64,000 nucleotides of DNA from the human T2T-CHM13v2.0 reference genome, Homo sapiens: the NCBI RefSeq assembly GCF_009914755.1, contig NC_060925.1; one strand, written 5' to 3'. Each line of letters starts with the position of its first letter. The stretch's first letter is position 1. The translations under genes and the position numbers were made by a program. Positions 46,134 to 59,496 of this stretch are shown piece by piece. The notes below the pieces were generated by a model that was not told the origin of the DNA, made no database searches, and was given only the letters and a program-made list of their open reading frames with translations.

Positions 46134-46685
46134 GCACATTTGTTGTAGTTGCAGAGCTACACAAGAGCTCAGGGACAGATGCTGGCATCAGCTTCACTCC
46201 CGGGAGTTCCCCCTGTGCATCCTCTACATTGGCAGGAGGCTGGCATTGAGAAAACCAGCAACTGGATGACCACTGTGTTTACTTTTTGCTACATTTTGAG
46301 CTCCAGTAAAGCAATTATATCTCCTACATTATCTTTATCAGTTAAAGAATCTATAAGCACTTTGCAAATTTAATGTAAGATAATGTTTGATAATAATCAG
46401 CTATGGTAATATATCATCTAATTTCAATATTCTCCACTTCAGTAGAAAACATTCTGTACTTAGGTCAGAAAATAATGTATTTTTTCATATCAGGTAAATT
46501 TTTACAGACTTCTGATCCTACTTGTGATATCTCAGGAAATGTTTCTTGCTCTTAGAAATCATTTACTTTCTCAGAAAGAGAACTACTCATAAAGAGCTCT
46601 AAGTTGTGTCTTAAAATAACTTGTAACTTCAGGCACAGATAACCCACTAAAGACTACAAAATCTGTGCTGTAAGTAAAATGGTAA

Positions 46686-46991
<306 letters not shown>

Positions 46992-47299
46992 TGAGCCTTT
47001 CCTTTTGCAAACATCGGCAGAAACTGCTTGCTATGCTTTATTTCAGTAAGTCCCAAAGTATTCAGTAATTCTCAGCATAAATAGTCGAGGCCTTTTTGAA
47101 TGAATTTTTATGGTTTTGATCAAAATAATTGTAATGACAACGGAACAGATAATTTGATGTTTGCATTGTCATATGACTCCATTTCAGAGGAGAACTTTCT
47201 AGTTAAATCACAAGTTTAGTTAAAACTGGTTATAATTTGAATTAACACTAAATTCCCAAGATTTTGTAGGATGCGCCAGTAAATTAAAGTGAATTTTCC

Positions 47300-47587
<288 letters not shown>

Positions 47588-47875
47588 TGATTCCTTGTGA
47601 CTCACAGGCAATATTAGCATGGAAGGAATTTAAGAAAAAAATTTAGACCTATCCTTCATTTTATAGATTGCATCATCTAAAGATTAAAGTCTCCTATTTG
47701 AAGACTGGGAGCTGCACTCAAATGGATTACCAGGTTATTTTGACTTTCCATTCAGCTTTGTCTCATTAGAAGGATGCTAACAATTACAAAATAACAAAGA
47801 AAAATCACACTGTTTAATAGTTATGATGCACCTAGAACTTACTTGCCATTGTTTAGTGCTCATAAAATCCTGTTA

Positions 47876-48270
47876 ATAAAGAAAATGTGGTGCACGTACA
47901 CCATGGAATACTACACAGCCATGAAAAGAGTGGAATCATGTCCTTTGCAACATGGATGCAGCTGGAGGCCATTATCCTAAGTGAATTAATGCAGGAATAG
48001 AAAACCGAATATCACATGTTCTCACTTATAAGTAGGAGCTTAACATTGGGTACTCAGGGATATAACGATGGCAACAGTAGACGCTGGGGACTAAGAGAAG
48101 GTGGAGGGAAGGAGCGGGGAAAGGGCTGAAAAAGTAACTCTTGGATACTATGCTCAGTACCTGGGTGACAGGACCATTTGTATCCCAAACCTCAACATCA
48201 CACGACATACCCAGGTAATACACCTGCATGTGTACTCCGTGAATCTGAAATAAAAGTTGAGAAAGAATTT
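47876..48270 (+). mobile_element. Older L1PA (L1PA15/16-like) 3' end
   Basis: ataaagaaaatgtgg...catggatgcagctggaggccattatcctaag...ccaaacctcaacatcac...ctgaaataaaagttga. Confidence 0.85.
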
Positions 48271-48334
48271 AAAAAAGGATAGATGTAAAAAAACAAAATA
48301 AAATCCTGCGTTAATCATTAAAGTTCCATTTTTT

Positions 48335-49085
48335 TCTGTTTTTAACAGCTTCGTTGAGATATGATTCACATACCACGAAACTGATGCATTTAAATTGTAC
48401 AGTTTGATGGCATTTTGTATATTAGTAAGTTGTGTGTCCATCATCCCAGTTGATTGTAGAACATTTTCTTTCATGCAGAAAGAAAACCTGTCACCCCTTA
48501 CCTATTGTCCCCAACTCCCCCTTCCCTCTCAGCCCTAGGCAACCACTCATTTATGTTCTGTATCTTGACTTTTGTTTATTCTGAACATTTTATGTCAGTG
48601 GAATCTTAGAATATTCCTTTGTGACTGGCTTCTTTCACTGAGCCTAATGATTTGAGGTTCATCTATGTCAGAGCATGGATCAATACCTCCTTCATTTTTA
48701 TGGCTTAATCATAGAGTATTACTGTACCACATCTTGTTTACCCATTTATCTCTGGATGGACATTTGGGTTGTTTCCAATTTTTGGCGACTGCAAATAGAA
48801 CTGATAACAAACATTCCTGAACACATTTTTGTGAGAACGTGTGTTTTCAGTTTCCTTGACTATATATCTAGGAGTAGTAGTGAGATTGCTTGGCCATATG
48901 GTAATTCTGTGTTTAATTCTTTGAAGAAGCATTAGACCATTTTCCAAAGTGGCTGCACCTTCTTTTTTTTTATTCCCACCAGTAGAGTGTCAGGGTTCCG
49001 ATTTCTCTCCATCTTCCTTGTCACTTGTCATCTGACCTTTTGATTCGGGCCGTCCTTGTAGGTGTAAAGTGGTATCTCATGGTTA
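48335..49085 (-). mobile_element. L1MB-like 3' end
   Basis: ttttaacagcttcgttgagatatgattcacatacc...cagccctaggcaaccact...gatggacatttgggttgtttcca...ttttccaaagtggctgcac. Confidence 0.82.
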
Positions 49086-50024
49086 AAATTACAATTTTAG
49101 GATTTTGTTATTACTTTTTTTTCCCTTTTTTTACATAAAAGAAAACTGGGAATGAGAGAGAGAAATACTTGCTAAGAGTCCAGTACTTGTAAGTGCCGGA
49201 ACCTTTTAAGAACCCAGGTCTGCCTGGCTCTCAGATTCATGCTCCACAAAAATTGTTTTTCCTTTTAAATCTTTGGAAACACTAGAAGTTAGTCCCTCAA
49301 ATTCACAGCTGAAGTCAGTGGCAGAGACCCCTGTCAGTAAAAGTTCCATAAAACTGCCTTCCATTTAAAGCTTATCTTCTGCATTTAAAATTATGATTTA
49401 ATTGTTCTACTTAAAGCTTCTAAGAAATTTATCAGTTGGATCAGGGTTCTATAGTGTCTTAGGGCCAGTCTGAAAAATACAAGTGCTTGAGCCTCACCCC
49501 TTGATGAATTAGACTGTCTACTGGTGAAGGCTGAGCGTGTGTGTTTTTATAAACCGTTAAATGTGTTTTCATTGAGTTAATGACTAATTTTAGTAATTTA
49601 GTAATTTAATTTAGTAATTTTCTAACCATATGAAAATATCAAATTACATAAGTGACATTGGCTATCTTTTTAAGATATTATACTTCAAGACTCTAAAAAC
49701 TATTAAAATACATCGTAAATCAATTACATTCAAAATAATGTATCTTAAGACTATGAGATCTTATTACAAACTATGCTTTTATTAGAAACTATGTAATTAC
49801 CAGGTATACGAATGCTGTGCGGTCATGCTCTATAGCAACCTTGTCTATCATAAACAGGGGAGAATCAAGAAGTAAGCAGAAGAGAAAAAAAGGAAAAGAA
49901 AGTTGCTAAAACCAACCAAAATATGGGCCTTTAAGCCCCACACATTCTCTAGAGAAGTCACCTCTCAAAATTGATTTATTTACAAAGTGCGATGATCTGA
50001 TTTTCATTAAAAGCAGAAGATACC

Positions 50025-50387
<363 letters not shown>

Positions 50388-50444
50388 TCACCTGAGGTTT
50401 TTTCCCGTTACTAGCTTGGCATCCCTCTCCCCTCTTCTAATTAG

Positions 50445-50678
50445 CTCAAGTCCCTGATATAAAAAGGCATAGTGTTTGCATATAGCCTGTGCACATCCTC
50501 CCGTGTACTTTAAAGCATCTCTAGATTACTTATTATTACCTAATACAATGTGAATGTGGTGTAAATGGCTGTCGTTCTGTATTGTTTCGAAAGTTGTATT
50601 GTTATTTTTTGTTGTTTTTTTTTCTGAATATTTTCCACACGTGATTGCTTGAATCTGCAGATGTGGAGAGCTGACTGT
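50445..50678. mobile_element. MER2
   Basis: gctcaagtccctgatataaaaaggcatagtgtttgcatatagcctgtgcacatcctcccgtgtactttaaagcatctctagattactta. Confidence 0.82.
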
Positions 50679-51802
50679 ATTATTAAAAAAACTGAGAAAC
50701 TACCGATCCCTGGCGCTGCTTAGTTGTAGGGTCAAACATTTCTGCATATCTCCGGAACCCATTCATATACAAAAGCACATTGTAGGATATCCGGATGGGC
50801 AAAAGCAGGGCAGGTCATCTCTTTGAATTATAGATACCATTGCTGTAAAGTCTCTTTCGATGATATTTCCATAAAAAAAAGTTTCATTCAAAAAGCATGG
50901 CTTTACCTATGCAGTGCTAGGGATTGGTGATTTTATATTTCTTGATTTTCTTCTCTTCTCCTCCCTTCCTTCTAACAGTTACTGTACTACAGAGTAATTG
51001 TCTTATGCACTTAGATATTGTTATCTAATTTTTACAGCTCTTATTATCCTGGTTTTGCAGGTTAAGTAGCCGAGGCACAGAGAAGTTAAGAAATTTGCTT
51101 AGAGTTGTAAAACTACTAAGAAGCAGATTTTAGGTCCAGGGCTGAGATCCATGACTCCCGACTCACAGCCCTGAGTCATTACAATTCTGAGTTCTCAGGA
51201 GAGCGTTTCATTATACTATCTTCTACCTGGTTTAAGAGAACAGAAAAATGTGTACTATACTTTAGAAGTAGTTCCATTGAAAAAGTTACATTTCTTTTCA
51301 CATTGGTTTTTCATGGGATAAGCCCTCCTCTCTCTGGAAAGATGATCCATCCTAGATTATTCATTTCCTGAAACTTGCAAGAAGCAGAGTTATATTGCTA
51401 TTTTTTTAAGTTTTGTTATTTGTTAATAGGAATTTCTTTGAATTTAGACAATTTTAGTTATTCTATGTAAGTTTTTTTTGTTTTTGTTGAATGATCTATG
51501 AGTTAAGTTTACTTATTTTTGAAATTATGAAGATGTCTCCTATAATTAACTATAATATAGATGATTTTTAAGAAAATTATCAAAAGGAAACACATAAGCT
51601 TTGGAAAATAATGATTTTAACTTTAGCTAATAGTTACAGCATTGTATAATTTACAAGTAGTACATTAAATATATTATATATTTCCTTTTTGAGATAAAAC
51701 AATGTTTTGAGATGGTAGAGTGGATCTCACTATTATTTGATAGAAGAGTTCACTGAAGATCAGCTTTAAGGGCCTTGTTAGTGGAGAAATAGCTTGTGAG
51801 CA

Positions 51803-52099
<297 letters not shown>

Positions 52100-52241
52100 T
52101 TAAGAAATAATTCAGTGGCTTCTACATTTCACATTTTAAAAAAAGTTAAAGCTAATGAGGTTTTAAAAGATTAGGAAAGTGAATAGAGCTTCACTAGTTA
52201 TATTAGTAGAATTTAAAAGGAAACCAAATATGACTGTTCCT

Positions 52242-52553
52242 TTTAATTAATTTTTATTTTATTTATTTAGTTTTGAAACAGGGTCTTGCTCTGCCACCCA
52301 TGCTGGACTGTGGTGGTGCAATCACAGCGCACTGCAGCCTCATCCACACGGGCCCAAGTGATTTTCCCACCTCAGCCTTCTGAGTAGCTGGGACTATAAG
52401 CACCTGCCACTATGGCCAGCTAATTTTTGTATTTTTTTAGAGACGAGTTTTACCATATTGCCCAGGCTGGTCTTGCACTCCTGGGCTCAAGCATTCTGCC
52501 CACTTCACCTTCCCCAAATGCTAGAATTACAGGCGTGAACTGCCATGCCCAGC
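52242..52553 (-). mobile_element. AluJ
   Basis: gaaacagggtcttgctctgccaccc...gcactgcagcctc...ttgcccaggctggtc. Confidence 0.9.
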
Positions 52554-52554
52554 T

Positions 52555-52810
52555 ATTTTTATTTTTTAATTGAAATAATTGTACATATTTATGGGGTACA
52601 TAGTGATGTTCCAATACATACAATGTGTGGTGATCGGATCAGGGTAATTAGCATATCCTTCATCTCAAACATTTATCATTTGTTTGTGTTGGGAACATCC
52701 TCTCTTCTAGCTATCTGAAACTATATGATATATTATTGCTAACTGTAGCCATCCTACAGTGCGTTAAAACAGGGGTACTTATTCCTATTATCTGGCTGTA
52801 ATTTTGTGTC
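52555..52810 (-). mobile_element. L1MA-like 3' end
   Basis: ataattgtacatatttatggggtacatagtgatg...atcagggtaattagcatatcc...tctcaaacatttatcatt. Confidence 0.82.
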
Positions 52811-53097
52811 TTTTTTTTTTTTGAGTCTTGCTCTGTCACCCAGGCTGGAGTGCAGTGGCGTGATCTCGGCTCAGTGCAACCTCTGCCTCTGAGGTTCAAG
52901 TGATTCTCCTGCCTCAACTTCCCGAGTTGTTGGGGCTGCAGGCACGCACCACCATGCCCGGGTCATTTTTGTATTTTTAGTAGAAACAGGGTTTCACCAT
53001 GCTGGCCAAGCTGGTCTTGTACTTCTGACCTCAGGTGATCCACCCACCTCAGCCTCCCAAGGTGCTGGGATTACAGGTGTGAGCCACTGTACCTGGC
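52811..53097 (-). mobile_element. AluS with TSD
   Basis: Antisense dimer; TSD aattttgtgtcttt. Confidence 0.94.
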
Positions 53098-54142
53098 AAT
53101 TTTGTGTCTTTTGACAAGACAGTGTTACTTATATGCTTATGTGTTTCAATCTGAAGTCAAGTGAATCATCTGGAGTGACTCTCATTCTTTAAATTTACTT
53201 AACAAAAGATATCTGCGTGTACTTTATGTTTTGAAGAAGAATAAGAGAAAACTAAGGTACTGACTTGGATAGCAGAAGAGAATAAATATATACAATGCAG
53301 AAGACTCGTGCCTATGTCCCTGTGTACTAAATTGAATTTGGGCTATCAGTCTGTGGTATGGATGTGGTATGGATATGTAGTGAAATTCGGCTCTTCATGG
53401 TAAACATTCATGTAGAAATCCTCTTCTGTGCCTTTGCTTGTTCTTGTTTGTGGCTGTATCTGCATCACATGTGATGATGCTTTGGAGAACTCAGGGACTG
53501 CAGTTGTGCCTTATTTTTTATTCCCATTTCACCCTGGCTTCCTCCATTACAAAAAAGAGACGTATGTCCTGCCAGCAGGTGTAAGGGGGCCCACACTGAT
53601 GTCTTTCTGTTCTTTACTGTTCAGCAATATGGTAGAAACATTAGTAACACATCTAAATATAGAGAGGCAGGAAGATAAACAGTTTCAAAAAACTATTTAA
53701 AAATAGTTAATCAACATGATTCCATGTCAGCCCTGTGGCATGCACCATGAGATCTCTGTGGGGCTGTGCTCTTTGGTGTCCTAATAATCCTCAAGAGGTT
53801 TTATTTAAGTGTGGGAAAAATGAGATAGAAAGAGAAACAGAAAACAGCCACATTACTCCTAAAGTGTGACCTGGTTCTGGACCCTGTTTAATTCAATTGT
53901 GTACTACTCTTACGCTTTCCTATTCATGAAGTAGTTTTAATTCCTAGAATGAATGCATACTGGATTTCTGGGATGGAATGTATTTACATGTGTTTGAATT
54001 GTTGATGGGAAGAATCCACCTCCCACCTTGGGATGTCAGCCATTTAGGGGCTTTTCTGGAATAGAGTGTCCTATTAGGAATGGATGAAGGTACTGAAGGG
54101 TTTATCTCACTAAGTGTGTCATAAGGAAAAGACACTGTTTAG

Positions 54143-54499
<357 letters not shown>

Positions 54500-55187
54500 T
54501 GAAGAACTAAGTAGCTTACCTACAATCCAGTTTTATCAGTGACTTATTTATGTATAAAACTCAACTGAAAAGTAGTAACATTTTCACTAGGTACATGAGT
54601 AGAGTTCAAATACAGTATTGAATTGGCTCCAAATCTGCTATTTTAAATTTGAATTAGTGATCAGAAATGCCTTATGGTCTTAACAGGTGTGATTTTGCCA
54701 GGATCATGTCTATTTTATCCTTATCTTTAAAAATTGTTAACTAACTCTTTTTGTAAGCCGCAAGTTGCCTTCCTTCATTGTTAGGCTATTTTTGATTTTT
54801 AGAACTTCTCATGTGGATATAACATTTTAGAGGCTTTGTTTGAGTTACATGACTCCATATCAGTAAATGATCTGGTTATGGTGGCTTAACCCCCTGAAAC
54901 ATGGTATCCATAGTAAAGCATGGGAAGCACACGTCCATTTATTAAATGCGGTATAATATAGACAGCAACAGCCTTCTCTAATGGTCATTATTATGCATGC
55001 CTGTGACATGGACACTATGTAAAATAAAGTATTCAAACTATTACCAATGGATTCTTAAAATCTTCAGGAGCAGATACTATAAATGGAAGCTTCCAGTTTG
55101 GAATGACAAATGTTAAGTTGAAATACACTTCAGTGTAAAACATTTCTTAGCAACTCTAAACTGCGTTGAGAGATGGTATTAATGTGA

Positions 55188-55559
<372 letters not shown>

Positions 55560-55849
55560 TAATTGGGGAAAATACCCTTTTATTAGAGGAATTTTCAAAG
55601 TAAAAAAGAGAGAGAGAGCAAATAGCATAATGGACACTTTGTATGCATTAATCAGCTTCATTTATTGTCATTATTTTATCATTTTATTTGTCTCCCTTCC
55701 CCATTATCTCTTGGCATGCTGGCATAGAAATTAATACAAAGTATGTCATAGGCATTCCCTGAAATACAGAATGTTTTCTTAAAAATGCGATTTAAGAACG
55801 TGTCTGTTGGAGATTGTTTTGAGTTTCAGTGTTATGCCATTTTTCTTAC

Positions 55850-56765
55850 TACATGCTGGGACAGTGCCAGAGTCCTAGAACTCAGAGATGGATGTGGTGT
55901 TTGTACCCTTGAATGATTCTTTGAATGCCAGGCTAGTGATTTGGACCTTGTTGACAAGTTTTTAAAAGGGGCTGCATATAATCTCTTGAAGCCAGACATT
56001 GAAGCAGAAGCTCCCCCGACTCCCGCTGTGCCTTCCCTCCTTCTTTCCCTTATTTGTGGTAATGGGATCACTGTTCTCCCAGGTACCCAGTCTCAAGGGT
56101 CTTTTTGCAGTGTTCCTGTGGTCTTCTGTGTGACAAAGACCATCAGTGGCAATTTTCTGCCCTAATCCCTGCCAACCTCACTCATCACCAGCATGGCTGC
56201 TGGACCATCCTTACTGGGCACTCTCTGTGCAGCCTTTCTTCCCTCATCTGTCCCCTTCTCCTTCTAAAATGCAAATCTGATCAGCCTTGTTTCCATTGCC
56301 CACTTTTTTGCCATGTTCACTCCCTTTCTCCTCACATATTTTGCCTTACATCTCCACCGCCCCTGTCCCCAGCCATACTGAATTTCTTCCAGTCCCCATG
56401 ATGTCATGCTCCTGACCTGTAACCTTGGCACACGTTCTTTCCTCTGCTGAGGATCCTGTTTCCTCCCTAGCTTCTGTGCCCATTTCATGAATGGTGGCCC
56501 CTCCGTTCTCAGTCCCTGATAGCTCCCTCCCCTACTCTACTCCATCGGGTAAACTGTGGGTGATCAGAGTGTCTTGTGCTTCTCTTATCATGGCATAAGT
56601 CATACTGTATTAATACTTGCTGACGTAATTGTTCTTGATCTGTCCTTTCTGCTAGATAATAAGTTCATGAACTATGCTTTTACATTCTTCTTCATTTGCA
56701 TACACAGCATTGAACATGGGACTCAGCACATGGCAGGCATTAATGAACCTAAGTACAGTTTGTTA
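55850..56765 (+). mobile_element. L2 3' region
   Basis: cttctaaaatgcaaatctgatca...ccccagccatactgaatttctt...ctagataataagttcatga...actcagcacatggcaggcattaat. Confidence 0.65.
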
Positions 56766-57125
56766 ATATATGCCTGATGTCTATTTTAATAATTGAGATA
56801 GTGGCCATTATCATTATTATTACTGTTTTAATGAGCAATTATTATTATTATTATTATTGAAAGTGAACAATGAATTTTATAGTATATACATATTATGATT
56901 CCTGTTATGAATCTTACGCTGTAATAGAGGCATATGACTCAGCTGTTCCACTTCCGCTTACAGATTCTTCAGAAACTCACACATGTGCCCAAGGAAACGT
57001 GCTTAAAGTTGTTCACTTAGGCATCATTTGTAATAGTGCAAAGCTTAAAACAACCTGAATATCCATTAACAGGGGAACAGATGCCTAACCTATTGTATTC
57101 TTACGCAATGCAAAAATGTATAGTT

Positions 57126-57357
57126 CAGTAAGTCCTCACTCAATGTTGTGGATAGGCTCTTGGAAACTGACTATAAATGAAATGATGTATAATGAAACCA
57201 ATTTTACTATAGGCTGATTGATAGAAACAGTTAAGTTCCCACGACATATTTCTGGTTGCAAACACATCTCCAAACTTTGAAATAAAGACCAAAGCCCTTC
57301 TAATATTAAACATTGAAACAAATGTGAGCTATACGTAACATTTAAGAAAGACTAATG
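57126..57357 (+). mobile_element. MER82-like (TcMar-Tigger) left part
   Basis: cagtaagtcctcactcaatgttgtggataggctcttggaaactg...aatattaaacattgaaacaaatgtgagctatac. Confidence 0.75.
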
Positions 57358-57446
57358 TCCGGGTGTGGTGGCTCACGCCTGTAATCCCAGTGCTTTGGGA
57401 GGTCGGGGCAGGTGGATCACCTGAGGTCAGGAGTTTGAGACCAGCC
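57358..57446 (+). mobile_element. Alu 5' fragment, truncated within the left monomer
   Basis: tccgggtgtggtggctcacgcctgtaatccc...gtttgagaccagcc then non-Alu sequence. Confidence 0.88.
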
Positions 57447-57492
57447 TTCTTCTAATCAACTTCTTCTAAAGACATTTTTTAAAGTAGACATA

Positions 57493-57810
57493 ACCATCAT
57501 TCTCAGCAAACTATTGCAAGGACAAAAAACCAAACACTGCATGTTCTCACTCATAGGTGGGAATTGAACAATGAGAACGCTTGGACACAGGAAGGGGAAC
57601 ATTACACACCAGGGTGTGTCATGGAGTCAGGAGAGGAGGGAGGGATAGCATTAGGAGATATACCTAATGTAAATGATGAGTTAATGGGTGCAGCACACCA
57701 ACAGGGCGCATGTATACATATGTAAGAAACCTGCACGTTGTGCACATGTACCCTAGAACTTAAAGTATAATTAAAAAAAAAAGAAAAAATAAAAATAAAA
57801 ATAAAAAAAT
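57493..57810 (+). mobile_element. L1PA 3' end (~320 bp) with TSD
   Basis: accatcattctcagcaaacta...ccctagaacttaaagtataa + A-rich tail; TSD aaagtagacata at 57481-57492 and 57811-57822. Confidence 0.94.
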
Positions 57811-58427
57811 AAAGTAGACATACAGGTAATTCACTCTGTCCCTTAGATTTTTCAGTATTTGGTTACATTGAAAAATGCACAACAGGTAAATGCAACGTAA
57901 GACCATGACACCACTAATGAGTACTTAGAGTTCATCAAGGAGAGGCACCAATCCCACCTGCCCTGTTCTGCTCAAACCCATGGAGTTGCGTCTGACTGCG
58001 AGCATCATGTCCTAAGGAGCCTCCTGGCATGCATGGGAGAGGATGGGGGAGCCTGGGAGTCCAAGAACAGGAAGAACACACAGCACACAAGGGGGTGGGG
58101 ACTGCTGGGGCTGCCCATGCATGGGGAGGACTTTCAAGTAGGGAGAGAAGAAACCAGTTGCTTGTTATTCCAGAGTTACGCAGTAGGACTTCTGGGTGAA
58201 TGCTGCAGGGATGGCAATCTGGTCTCCAAGTCAACGACTTGCTAGCACTTGGAGCTGGCTGACAGAGAAATAGACTGCTTGGGTGACTGCCTGTTTCCTT
58301 CTCCAGGACAAGACTGAATGGGAAGTCTTTATGGGATTCTGAAAAATATGATAGACCTCCCTCACCCCCCACCAGGAACTCTGAGTCAGACAGCCCTGTT
58401 GGCATTCGGGCTCTTGTGCCTGATGGG

Positions 58428-58458
58428 TTTTTTTTTTTTTTATACTTTAAGTTCTAGG
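58428..58458 (-). mobile_element. Ultra-short L1 insertion (poly-A + last ~18 nt of the L1 3' UTR) with TSD
   Basis: tgtgcctgatgg g (T)n tatactttaagttctagg tgtgcctgatggtttt. Confidence 0.85.
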
Positions 58459-59013
58459 TGTGCCTGATGGTTTTGAGGCCTCTGACTCTGTTACTCTGTA
58501 CCTCCTCATCATTGGAGCCATCACTGTAACCCTGTGTCCCTCAGGGCTTGGGCGGGGCTTAAGTGAGTCCTGTATGCAAAGCAGCCAGAGCCCTACCTCT
58601 TAGTATGTGCTAAATTAAGTGTTAGTCTCAGGAAAAAAAAAGAAAGTGGTGACCTTTCACAGAAGCTGAGTTTCCCTAGCCCAGGCTTTCTTGGAAAACT
58701 GGCTGGAGCACCACTGACTGGAATAGGTTTGACATCCTGCAGTTCTGTGAAGCATTACTACCAGTGATATCATTGACATGTTTCTTGGAAACTTTTATGC
58801 ACTTTGTTGACTTAAAATGATACAGGAAAGACTCTAATTTGTTTTTTTTTTTTTTAACACTTCCCCAAATTGTTTTCAGGAATTCTAAAATTAGGTGTTT
58901 AATTACAAAAATGAAAAAGATTTTGAAGAGCAGGAAAAGCGTTTGAGAAAGAAATAAAGCTTCAAATCATAGAATCTAAAATTTGGAAATGATGTTACTC
59001 ACAATTAGTTACT

Positions 59014-59496
<483 letters not shown>

